Part shown: positions 15,154 through 22,912 of the stretch, in pieces
How positions within the stretch are numbered: position 1 is the first letter of the stretch
Layout of the letters: every line of letters begins with the position of its first letter
Assembly (NCBI RefSeq): GCF_003231495.1
Contig: NZ_PQWO01000023.1
Coordinates: forward strand, 1 to 32,000
Length of the DNA: 32,000 nt
Source of the DNA: Acaryochloris thomasi RCC1774
GTDB taxonomy: Bacteria > Cyanobacteriota > Cyanobacteriia > Thermosynechococcales > Thermosynechococcaceae
Reading direction: 5' to 3'
Position numbers and translations under genes: made by a program
Notes under the pieces: generated by a model
What the model saw: the letters and a program-made list of their open reading frames with translations, nothing else
Database searches by the model: none
What the model was told of the DNA's origin: nothing

Positions 15154-16486
15154 TCCCTTCAATCGCACCCGCTGGCGCTTGACTGGCTACTATGCAGGGG
15201 TCATGGGCATTATTCTGGCCCTCTGTGGAGTTGGCTACTATCAAATCACTGAGCAGATGCGGCTACAGGCACTGACGCAAAAAATTGAATCATCATCAGG
15301 AATATTGCACGACAGTCTAGGCTCAGTATTGCTCCAACCCGGACGCCTGAATGCATCTGTAGAAGGGTTACTCCCTGGTCTGTGCAAACCAACGGTCACC
15401 TGCCCAGAACCAGACCGTTTTGCCAGAAGACACGTCCTGGGACTGGTCAAACAGGATGTCTACTATGCCCAATTGAAAAATTTGTCGGGTCAGACTGTGG
15501 CCACGTTGGGGCCATCAGCGAACTATATCCCAGACAAAACAGTTCTTGACGGTTGGCAGATCTTCACAAATAGCAGTGGAGAGCGTTTTATGCAGTATTC
15601 GTTGCTGCTGGAGACGGTCGATCATAAGAACTGGGGCTATCTGCAGGTGGGCCGATCGCTCAGTGAGCTGGATCAAGAATTAGCCGAGGCCCAGCGGTTT
15701 CTACTGTGGGGGTGGCCTCTTGTGATGCTAGTTGTCTGCGGGGCTGGGTGGTGGTTAGCCGGACTATCCCTACGGCCTGTACAGAATGCATACCAAGATA
15801 TGCAACGATTTACCGCCAATGCAGCCCATGAGTTACGCACTCCACTATCGGCAGCCAAAGCAACGGTTGACTCTGTCCTAGAGCTGGACAATATCTCAGA
15901 GGGGGAAGCTCGAAAAACGCTAGGGACGATCAATCGGCAGGTCAATCGACTGACTCAATTGGTCCAGGATTTGCTGCTGCTGACGCTGATTGATACTCAA
16001 CACAACCGCAAGGGCAATCGCAAAGCTTGTCAGCTAGGGTTGATCATTAACGATGTGATGGATGAATTTCTTGCCCTAGCCCATAATGCTGGTTTATCCC
16101 TGGTTGCGGAATTGGACACGACTCACCCTCTATTTGTACAGGGGGATGAAGAACAGCTTTACCAGATGATTGCCAATCTGGTGATCAATGCGATTCACTA
16201 CACGCCTCGGGGTGGCGATGTGGTGATTCGACTCGACCGAGATAAAAAATATGCCTTCGTCGAGGTTCGAGATACGGGAATTGGCATCCCAGCCGAACAA
16301 CAGGCTCAGGTGTTTACCCGTTTCTATCGAGTGAATCGCGATCGCAACCGCAAAACTGGCGGTTCAGGATTGGGCTTGGCGATTGCCCAGGCGATAGCGC
16401 TTAAACATAGAGGCAAGATCTCGGTCCAGAGCCATCCTAATCGAGGCAGCACCTTTTGTATTTATCTGCCAGTTTTACTTTCGTAG
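15140..16486 (+). CDS. Sensor histidine kinase (CopS-like), paralog 1.
   Basis: It has two TM helices flanking a periplasmic loop of about 150 aa, an H-box (AAHELRTPL) and N/G boxes (NAIHYTP, DTGIGI, GGSGLGLAI). The ATG at 15140 aligns with the paralog start (MPQRNPFNRTRWRL vs MNEIKLFRQTRWRL) and overlaps the regulator gene by 14 nt. Confidence 0.9.
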   Translation: MPQRNPFNRTRWRLTGYYAGVMGIILALCGVGYYQITEQMRLQALTQKIESSSGILHDSLGSVLLQPGRLNASVEGLLPGLCKPTVTCPEPDRFARRHVLGLVKQDVYYAQLKNLSGQTVATLGPSANYIPDKTVLDGWQIFTNSSGERFMQYSLLLETVDHKNWGYLQVGRSLSELDQELAEAQRFLLWGWPLVMLVVCGAGWWLAGLSLRPVQNAYQDMQRFTANAAHELRTPLSAAKATVDSVLELDNISEGEARKTLGTINRQVNRLTQLVQDLLLLTLIDTQHNRKGNRKACQLGLIINDVMDEFLALAHNAGLSLVAELDTTHPLFVQGDEEQLYQMIANLVINAIHYTPRGGDVVIRLDRDKKYAFVEVRDTGIGIPAEQQAQVFTRFYRVNRDRNRKTGGSGLGLAIAQAIALKHRGKISVQSHPNRGSTFCIYLPVLLS

Positions 16487-16546
16487 AGTACTGTGGATAA
16501 GCTTGCAGCAATATCTCAGCATTTCAGAATGCCTAGATTGAGCTAC

Positions 16547-16957
16547 CTAATGGGCGAACGGGATGAATATCGCAATCAGCCAGTCGTATCCCATGCAAAA
16601 AGGTGGGTACCAAACAGATCTCACTGTTGCCCCAACTTGCCAGGAATGGTGAAGGTAGTCCCACAAGCCATGTAGAAAATAGCCAAGGGCTAAGATCAGG
16701 GGCGAGTACCACCGACCGAGCAGAGCCAGTGCAATAAACACCAGAGTCACCAGTGTTTCGAGTACTACTATCTCTCGTTTGTTCTCTGAGATAGCGGTTC
16801 CAAAATAGACTGCGCTCACCGCCACGAGAATCAATGCCAAACTTTCGAGAGTGTAATCACTGGGTAGGACACTCAAGACGGCACAGCTTAGGCCACCCAG
16901 AACAGTACCAAGTATAAAGGTCCACCAGTGTGTCGTTTTTAGGTCAAGCTGTTTCAT
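16547..16957 (-). CDS. Small polytopic membrane protein with a His cluster (HGLWDYLHH).
   Basis: There are 4-5 hydrophobic helices. The ATG at 16957 (MKQLDLKTTHWW) overlaps the stop of the upstream glutaredoxin-MauE gene by 14 nt. The longer ORF-track start at 17023 lies inside that gene. Confidence 0.6.
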   Translation of the reverse strand: MKQLDLKTTHWWTFILGTVLGGLSCAVLSVLPSDYTLESLALILVAVSAVYFGTAISENKREIVVLETLVTLVFIALALLGRWYSPLILALGYFLHGLWDYLHHSWQVGATVRSVWYPPFCMGYDWLIAIFIPFAH

Positions 16958-17741
16958 TATGGAGTTGAATAACGGCGGGCGGGAATGCCTCTGGAAATTG
17001 TGCTGATTCTGGCTTACCTTCAACTGCTGTAAAGATCAAAAAAGCCCCCATCCCAGCCATAATCGCATTCTCAGCAAAGCTCACGATACCCAGCGGAGTC
17101 TTAGTGTTGCCGCCCACGCAGGCACAATTTAGCGCAAGTTTGTCGATATAGACTGCTTTGAATACAGAAATGCCGCCGCTGGTACCAATCAATAGCGAAC
17201 TAATTCCAGTGACGAGTGGCACCCATCCAGATAAGAAACCGAGACCGATTAGTAATTCAGCAAATGGGTAAATCTTGGCATAGGGCTTAAATCGTTTCGT
17301 GATTAGGTCGTACTTCTTGAAACTTTCAGAAAAAGCATTCATGTCCATCAGCTTCAGCGATGCCAGCATTGAGAGTGAGACGCCCATCAGACCTGTCATG
17401 CCTAAAGAAGCCGCCAGAGAGATGAGTCCAGCAGTGGAAAAAACGGCAATCACGGGCGCGTAAGAATAGTCTGCAGACTCTGCTTCAACGTCGAACCGCT
17501 CAGCTAGATCGGTGTAGCCGCCGATTCGGTCTTCACCGAAGAAAATTTGGGGTGTCGTGGCAACCTGATGCTTCGTTTTAAAGGCTTCGACTTCATCCTG
17601 AGATCGCAACTTATGGTCTTCAAAATCAATTCCCTGCTCATCCAATAGGTTGATGGCCTTGAGTCCCCACGGACATTCATGCTCGGGCATCGACATCCGA
17701 TAAACCTTGACGGGTTCTCTCGTAATGGTTGTGTTGGACAT
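16944..17741 (-). CDS. Glutaredoxin-like domain fused to a MauE/DoxX-type membrane domain.
   Basis: The N-terminal thioredoxin fold has CPWG and TTPQIFFGEDRIGGYTDL (glutaredoxin-like). A 4-5 TM region follows, with LNCACVGG, which resembles the Cys motif of MauE-type proteins. Confidence 0.8.
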   Translation of the reverse strand: MSNTTITREPVKVYRMSMPEHECPWGLKAINLLDEQGIDFEDHKLRSQDEVEAFKTKHQVATTPQIFFGEDRIGGYTDLAERFDVEAESADYSYAPVIAVFSTAGLISLAASLGMTGLMGVSLSMLASLKLMDMNAFSESFKKYDLITKRFKPYAKIYPFAELLIGLGFLSGWVPLVTGISSLLIGTSGGISVFKAVYIDKLALNCACVGGNTKTPLGIVSFAENAIMAGMGAFLIFTAVEGKPESAQFPEAFPPAVIQLHNETA

Positions 17742-17793
17742 TATTCTTCCTCGATTAAGTGTTTGCGTTCCTATACTTGGGTTTGTGCCACCA

Positions 17794-17824
17794 GCCTAAA
17801 CCCTACAGTTCACTAGAGAGTCAA
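17794..17824 (-). promoter_or_regulatory. MerR-type promoter/operator upstream of the glutaredoxin-MauE gene.
   Basis: On the minus strand the sequence is TTGACT, 19 bp, then TTAGGC. The spacer is ACTCTCTAG-TGAA-CTGTAGGGT, and the 15-mer CATTGACTCTCTAGT is identical to the ATPase site. Confidence 0.6.
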
Positions 17825-17854
17825 TGCTGTGGCTGAATTGCAATTTGCATGACG

Positions 17855-19894
17855 CTAAGCTAACTTTGCTCGACGCAACATCACGGCATTAATTGAAACG
17901 ATGACGGTGGATAGGCTCATCAGCAGTGCGCCTACTGCAGGCGAAAGCAAAAAGCCCCATCGATAAAGCACCCCAGCCGCTAAAGGAATAGCGAGGATGT
18001 TATAGCTCGTCGCCCAAAACAGATTCTGAATCATCTTGCTGTAGGTTTTCTTCGCTAGATTTAGCGCTTTAACTGCATCCAGCGGGTCGTCTTCAATCAG
18101 CACCAGATCTGCCGACTCAATCGCTACATTTGTCCCGGCCCCAATTGCCAGCCCCATATTGGCCTCTAGCAGCGCTGCCGCATCGTTGACGCCATCGCCG
18201 ACAAAGGCCGTTGGGCCTTCCTGCTTCAGTTCTCGAATCCGGTTCACCTTATCTTCGGGCAGAACACGAGCGTAGTAGCGATCAATGCCAATCTCCTCAG
18301 CAACGGTGCGGGCAACAGCTTCAGCATCGCCGGTAATCATGACCGTCTGAATGTCCATTTGCTTGAGTTGATGGACGGTTTCTTTAGCCCGTTGGCGGAC
18401 TTGATCCGCCATTGAAATCACGGCCACGGCCTGCTGTTCGTCCATCAAGACTACAGCGCTTTCCCCGCGCTCATCCGCTCGATCCAGTCCTCTTTGCAGT
18501 GAGGATGGTAGCTTCACCTGCTGTTCTTTCACCCACTCGGGACGGCCAATACGATAGGTTTTACCGTTGACCCTGCCTTGTACACCTCGACCCGTGATGG
18601 TCTCGAAATCTTTCATGGCTGGGATATCAAGACTTTTCTGTTCTGCTGCTTCAACAATCGCCTGAGCTAGGGGATGCTCTGAGGAAGTTTCTAGAGCAGT
18701 TGCGATCGCCAACGCCTTCAGTTCATCCAGACCCTCGGCATAGACGTTCTGAACCCCGAAGTGTCCTTCCGTCAGGGTGCCCGTTTTATCAAAGGCCATT
18801 GTTTTGATATCTTTGGCCCGTTCTAAAGAATCACGGTTTCTCACTAAGATCCCGTTTTTTGCGGCCAATGCAGTCGAGTTAGCAATCACCAGGGGAATAG
18901 CCAGTCCTAGAGCATGAGGGCAGGTAATCACCAGAACGGTGACAGCTCGATTGAGGGAGAACACCAGATCGCTAACGCTGAGCCAAATGATGAAGGTGAG
19001 GGTGCCGGATGCGATCGCAACCAACGTCAGCCAGTAAGCTGCTCGGTCTGCCAACGCCTGATAGCGACTGCGAGACGATTGGGCTTCATCAACCAAGCGC
19101 ATCATCTGATTAATCGTTGTCTCGTCACCAATCCGAGTCACCCGGACCTGAACGGACCCCTCTTGATTGACCGACCCAGCCACAACTTCATCGCCTTCTT
19201 GCTTAGAGACTGGCCGCGACTCTCCGGTCAGAAATGACTCATCGACTGCCGTCGTGCCTTCAATCACTTCCCCATCATTGGGAATTTGCTCCCCAGGACG
19301 AATCAGGATCACGTCTTTAGCCTGAATTTGGCTTACCGGGATATCTTCCACCCGATCATTTCGGAGACGGTGGGCCTCAGAAGGTACCAACTCCGCTAAA
19401 TTTTCCAGCGCTTTGCTGGCCCCCTGCACGGATGCCATCTCAACCCAGTGTCCTAGCAGCATAATGTCTACTAGGGTTGCCAGTTCCCAATAGAAGGGCT
19501 TGCCCTGCAGCCCCAGTGAAACCGCGAGACTGTAAACAAACGCCACCGTGATCGCCAGCGCGATCAGCGTCATCATTCCAATCTGACTATTAATTTCAGA
19601 CCAGGCACCTTTGAGGAAGACCCAGCCACCATAGAAGTAGATGGCAATTCCGAAGACAGGGTTAATCCAGTTAGAGCCAGCGAAGGTAACGGCCTGATAG
19701 CCGAACCAGCTTTGGAGCTGCATTGAGAAGTAGAGAATGGGCAGCGTCAAAATCAGACAGATGAAGAAACGACGCTTGAAAATATCAGGGTTGTGACCTG
19801 CATGTTTATCGTGACCGCCATGCCCCTTATGGTCATGATGGTGAGCCTGCTCTGATCCTTCTGTAGGGTGATGTGCCTGACTGGAGTGAGCCAT
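17855..19894 (-). CDS. Heavy-metal translocating P1B-type ATPase, CopB-like subtype (CPH motif, His-rich N-terminus).
   Basis: Motifs present: DKTGTLT, GDGVNDAAAL, TGES and the TM6 motif CPH (ITCPHALGLAIP). The N-terminus reads MAHSSQAHHPTEGSEQAHHHDHKGHGGHDKHAGH. Confidence 0.95.
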   Translation of the reverse strand: MAHSSQAHHPTEGSEQAHHHDHKGHGGHDKHAGHNPDIFKRRFFICLILTLPILYFSMQLQSWFGYQAVTFAGSNWINPVFGIAIYFYGGWVFLKGAWSEINSQIGMMTLIALAITVAFVYSLAVSLGLQGKPFYWELATLVDIMLLGHWVEMASVQGASKALENLAELVPSEAHRLRNDRVEDIPVSQIQAKDVILIRPGEQIPNDGEVIEGTTAVDESFLTGESRPVSKQEGDEVVAGSVNQEGSVQVRVTRIGDETTINQMMRLVDEAQSSRSRYQALADRAAYWLTLVAIASGTLTFIIWLSVSDLVFSLNRAVTVLVITCPHALGLAIPLVIANSTALAAKNGILVRNRDSLERAKDIKTMAFDKTGTLTEGHFGVQNVYAEGLDELKALAIATALETSSEHPLAQAIVEAAEQKSLDIPAMKDFETITGRGVQGRVNGKTYRIGRPEWVKEQQVKLPSSLQRGLDRADERGESAVVLMDEQQAVAVISMADQVRQRAKETVHQLKQMDIQTVMITGDAEAVARTVAEEIGIDRYYARVLPEDKVNRIRELKQEGPTAFVGDGVNDAAALLEANMGLAIGAGTNVAIESADLVLIEDDPLDAVKALNLAKKTYSKMIQNLFWATSYNILAIPLAAGVLYRWGFLLSPAVGALLMSLSTVIVSINAVMLRRAKLA

Positions 19895-19975
19895 GATATT
19901 GCTCCTTTGCGGCAGATTTTTTAGAAAACCGAGGTCGCTGCTCTGACTGATGTGAAATACAGTGACCTGAAACGA

Positions 19976-20006
19976 ATCTAAATGCTCTAGTTAACTAGAG
20001 AGTCAA
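19976..20006 (-). promoter_or_regulatory. MerR-type promoter/operator upstream of the P-type ATPase gene.
   Basis: On the minus strand the sequence is TTGACT, 19 bp, then TTAGAT. The spacer holds ACTCTCTAG-TTAA-CTAGAGCAT, which includes a perfect 16-bp palindrome CTCTAGTTAACTAGAG (19985-20000). Confidence 0.7.
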
Positions 20007-20012
20007 TGATAT

Positions 20013-20591
20013 TTACTCGGAGCTTGAGGAAAAGTCTGGTAGCGGTCTCGCCTCTACCTCGGTGGGCGTGTCCACCTTTCCCTTATCTCTGATGTCAGCA
20101 ATCAGCCACTCCATCTCATTGATTTCTCTACGCTGCGCTTCGATAATTTCATCGGCCAATTCACGAACGCGAACATCCTTAATCTGGGCGCGTTCACTTG
20201 TCAAAATTGCAATGGAATGGTGAGGAATCATGCCTTCCATGTAGTCCACATCGCTGACCGTAACCTGGCTACGCACCAGCCATAATGCGGCTCCAAACAG
20301 TAGAATAGCGAGCGAGAAGATGGCGATGTTCATTTTTCTGCTCTTGTACATGTTCAGCATAAATCCCAGCATGATCACCATCATTGCAGCACCCATGATC
20401 AGGGCCATAAAGACCCGTGTTTCGCTGAACCACGCATGATCGAGAATTTGATAGGAATGCAGATACATTAAGAAGAACATCGTCACGATGGAGGTGCCAA
20501 TCATGGCAAAGAACTTGATGTAGCTACCCTGCATTTCATTGTGATGCCTGGTATCTGTATGGCTTCCAATTGTGCTGTCTCTGATAGTCAT
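20013..20591 (-). CDS. DUF305 domain membrane protein. DUF305 is the domain of Synechocystis CopM.
   Basis: Three N-terminal TM helices are followed by the DUF305 signature (MEGMIPHHSIAILTSERA...ELADEIIEAQRREINEMEWL). Confidence 0.85.
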   Translation of the reverse strand: MTIRDSTIGSHTDTRHHNEMQGSYIKFFAMIGTSIVTMFFLMYLHSYQILDHAWFSETRVFMALIMGAAMMVIMLGFMLNMYKSRKMNIAIFSLAILLFGAALWLVRSQVTVSDVDYMEGMIPHHSIAILTSERAQIKDVRVRELADEIIEAQRREINEMEWLIADIRDKGKVDTPTEVEARPLPDFSSSSE

Positions 20592-20726
20592 TAGATTTTT
20601 TAGGTAGAAGTAATCGGATGAAAGATGAAATTTTATAAACCGAACAGTTTCGTATAACAGCTACCTGTCAAGTGATTTCACTGCATCGTCTACTGAGTTA
20701 GGTGGGAACGATGGCTTAGCAGCAGC

Positions 20727-21062
20727 TTACTTTGCAACGCTAGCGATTTGGCGATAGGCGTCAGCCGATGTACGACAGGCTTGAGCACACTTTTTGCAGT
20801 GTTCCATCTCGTACTGTTCACACTCTTGGGCGCAGGCTTCGCAAATGTCAGCACAGGCTCTGGAAAGATGAGAGACAAAGTAGGAGCCTCGAACCATAAA
20901 AGTCGCTGCCGTGCGGCAGATTTCAGCGCAGTCTAAGCAAGTGCGGGCACACTTGATCATTTCTGGCTCTCCGATGCAGGCTTCAGCGCAGTGTTCGCAT
21001 TCCACCATGCACTTCATCGATTTATCGAAGCTGGATTGGTATTCTTCGTGATTTAACAGCAT
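20727..21062 (-). CDS. Cys-rich four-helix-bundle copper-binding protein (DUF326/Csp-like).
   Basis: The 111-aa protein has repeated CxxxC/CxxC motifs on predicted helices (CMVECEHCAEAC, CARTCLDCAEIC, CADICEACAQEC, CKKCAQAC) and no signal peptide. Confidence 0.85.
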   Translation of the reverse strand: MLLNHEEYQSSFDKSMKCMVECEHCAEACIGEPEMIKCARTCLDCAEICRTAATFMVRGSYFVSHLSRACADICEACAQECEQYEMEHCKKCAQACRTSADAYRQIASVAK

Positions 21063-21195
21063 GTTTTCTCCCTGGATAGACTTTTGAAGCGAAATTCGTC
21101 GTCATTCGCACCTTAAGTTTTCTTTCTCAGGGGCGCGTCCACCAGAAGTTGGAAAGGTGAAATCCATCAAAATCTATCGAATTAAATAGGGTGAT

Positions 21196-21216
21196 CTCAT
21201 CCTGATTTCATATTTG
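21196..21216 (+). promoter_or_regulatory. Class II direct-repeat box (TCTCAT-N5-TTTCAT), copy a. It lies in the divergent region between the csp-like gene and the DUF2933 gene.
   Basis: tctcatcctgatttcatattt differs by 1 nt from the copy at 24881. The hexamers have 11-bp spacing, as expected for OmpR-family binding sites. Confidence 0.5.
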
Positions 21217-21448
21217 TATGCTTCTTAGTCTATAAGTTTCAGCTACAGTGTTTCTGAGCTGATCGGAGATATAAATGTTCCACAATAGGCAGCAAGAATA
21301 GAACTTCATTTCCATCTCATAATCTTCTGTATTAATGATGGAGGTAAGCTCTCTAGATTTATTCTTTGAATGAATGGAAGCATGTCTATGGAAGAGATAT
21401 TTTTTCTAATACTTAATAAATCGAAGGGCCAAATGATATTTTTGTCAG

Positions 21449-21467
21449 TTGATTTAACACAAATCAA
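21449..21467. promoter_or_regulatory. 7-5-7 palindrome just upstream of the DUF2933 RBS.
   Basis: TTGATTT-aacac-AAATCAA ends 22 nt before the ATG at 21489. It could be an operator or a 5'-UTR hairpin. Confidence 0.3.
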
Positions 21468-21488
21468 GAAAATATTGGGGAGATTTTT

Positions 21489-21689
21489 ATGTCTAGACAT
21501 CCTCCCTTGAGATGGCGGTGGCGGTCTCCGGCTGGAATCGCGCTGCTAGTCTGTCTGGGAATAGTTGCCTTTTTGCTAGTGGCGAAAGCTCCTGTTCTGC
21601 CTTGGCTTTTCCTGCTTATTTGCCCACTGATGCACTTGTTCATGCATGGCGACCATGCTGGAAAAGGTAAACACAGCCAAGATCACTGA
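21489..21689 (+). CDS. DUF2933 family small membrane protein.
   Basis: It has two TM helices and the characteristic CPLMHLFMHGDH motif followed by a His-rich tail. GGGGAG lies 7 nt upstream of the ATG. Confidence 0.75.
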   Translation: MSRHPPLRWRWRSPAGIALLVCLGIVAFLLVAKAPVLPWLFLLICPLMHLFMHGDHAGKGKHSQDH

Positions 21690-21727
21690 GGAAGAGGTTC
21701 AAAATAAAGAGAACTCATTCTTCTGTC

Positions 21728-21759
21728 TTGACCCTATAGTCTACTGTAGAGTCTAAGGT
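21728..21759 (+). promoter_or_regulatory. MerR-type promoter/operator upstream of the merR-RR2-HK2 genes.
   Basis: The sequence is TTGACC, a 19-20 bp spacer, then (C)TAAGGT. The spacer contains the dyad ACCCTATAG-TCTA-CTGTAGAGT (7 of 9 complementary). It lies 30 nt upstream of the merR ATG. Confidence 0.7.
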
Positions 21760-21788
21760 TGAATCAGTTGTTTTGAGAGGGGCGTTCA

Positions 21789-22205
21789 ATGGCTGTCGCA
21801 ACACGCTTAAGGATCGGTGAGGTTTCTAAGCGAACTAGCATTGCTGTCGGGGCTTTACGCTATTACGAAAGTCTGGGTCTACTCCAGTCAGAGCGGGGGG
21901 ACAATGGCTATCGCTATTATCCTGAAGAAGCTGTGCAGCAGGTGCAGTTCATCAAAAAGGCACAGGCTTTGGGCTTCTCCCTAGAGGATATCCATGAGGT
22001 GCTGAATGTTCATCGGCAGGGAGACGTGCCCTGTGAGTTTGTCCAATCGCTTCTGCAGGAAAAGATTGAGCAGCTTGAAGCTCAAATTCAGAAGATGACG
22101 GCCTTCAAAGTAGAGCTGGAGGACTATCAAGATCGTTGGGCCACCCGTCAGCCCCGCCCCCAACCGGGCGATATCTGCCCCCTCATCTCAACAGTTACGT
22201 TGTAA
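21789..22205 (+). CDS. MerR-family heavy-metal-responsive transcriptional regulator.
   Basis: N-terminal HTH (LRIGEVSKRTSIAVGALRYYESLGLL), a dimerisation helix, and candidate metal-binding Cys residues (GDVPCEF and GDICPL). A MerR-type promoter lies directly upstream. Confidence 0.9.
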   Translation: MAVATRLRIGEVSKRTSIAVGALRYYESLGLLQSERGDNGYRYYPEEAVQQVQFIKKAQALGFSLEDIHEVLNVHRQGDVPCEFVQSLLQEKIEQLEAQIQKMTAFKVELEDYQDRWATRQPRPQPGDICPLISTVTL

Positions 22206-22210
22206 CCCTC

Positions 22211-22912
22211 ATGCGAGTCCTACTGGTCGAAGATGAGCCGGACTTAGGCGCTGCCATTGCGCGAACCCTTGCCCAAGAAGCCTATATCGTAGACTGGGCC
22301 AAAGATGGTTTAGAGGCTTGGGGTTATCTAGACAGCCAGTGGACGCAATATACCCTGGCGATTTTTGATTGGCTATTGCCAGAGATATCTGGCGTTGAGC
22401 TATGTCAACGCCTCCGTGCCCAGAACAGCTCCCTACCTGTATTGATGCTCACTGCAAAGGATCGCCCAGAAGATACAGCAGAGGGGCTAGATGCTGGAGC
22501 GGATGACTATCTCGTTAAACCCTTCCGTAAAATTGAACTACTGGCACGACTGCGGGCGCTGCAGCGGAGATCGCCCCATTTCCAACCCCAGCAGCTCCAA
22601 GTGGGTCAACTGACTTTAGACTACGGTACTCATCACGTTTCTATTGCCATTTCAGAAGGGCAAGCCCCCCAGAACATCCTGTTAACCCATAAAGAATTCC
22701 AGCTCTTAGAATATTTCATGCAGCATCCGACCCAGATTGTCAGCCGGGACCAGATCCTTAACCAGCTCTGGGGTTCTGAAGCCGATACCATTAGCAATGT
22801 GGTGGCTGCGCTCATGCGCCAACTGCGGCGGAAGCTCTCTGAACATGGCTGCGACAATGCGATTGAGACCCTCTACGGTATTGGCTATCGGCTCAACCTA
22901 GACCATGAATGA
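22211..22912 (+). CDS. OmpR-family response regulator (CopR/NrsR-like), paralog 2.
   Basis: By eye it is roughly 60% identical to the 14449-15153 product. The ATG at 22211 (MRVLLVEDE) lies 5 nt after the merR stop. The ORF-track start at 22136 overlaps merR and is rejected. Confidence 0.95.
   Translation: MRVLLVEDEPDLGAAIARTLAQEAYIVDWAKDGLEAWGYLDSQWTQYTLAIFDWLLPEISGVELCQRLRAQNSSLPVLMLTAKDRPEDTAEGLDAGADDYLVKPFRKIELLARLRALQRRSPHFQPQQLQVGQLTLDYGTHHVSIAISEGQAPQNILLTHKEFQLLEYFMQHPTQIVSRDQILNQLWGSEADTISNVVAALMRQLRRKLSEHGCDNAIETLYGIGYRLNLDHE

Noticed and set aside
20672-20690. cctgtcaagtgatttcac between the csp-like and DUF305 genes. I considered it as another response-regulator box.
   Set aside because: The half-site spacing is 10 rather than 11 bp, the first hexamer matches poorly, and the orientation is opposite to the genes it would control.
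21306-21500. A 64-aa minus-strand ORF in the AT-rich divergent region.
   Set aside because: Its AT-rich, Ile/Lys/Asn-rich translation is typical of intergenic DNA, and it overlaps the DUF2933 start region.
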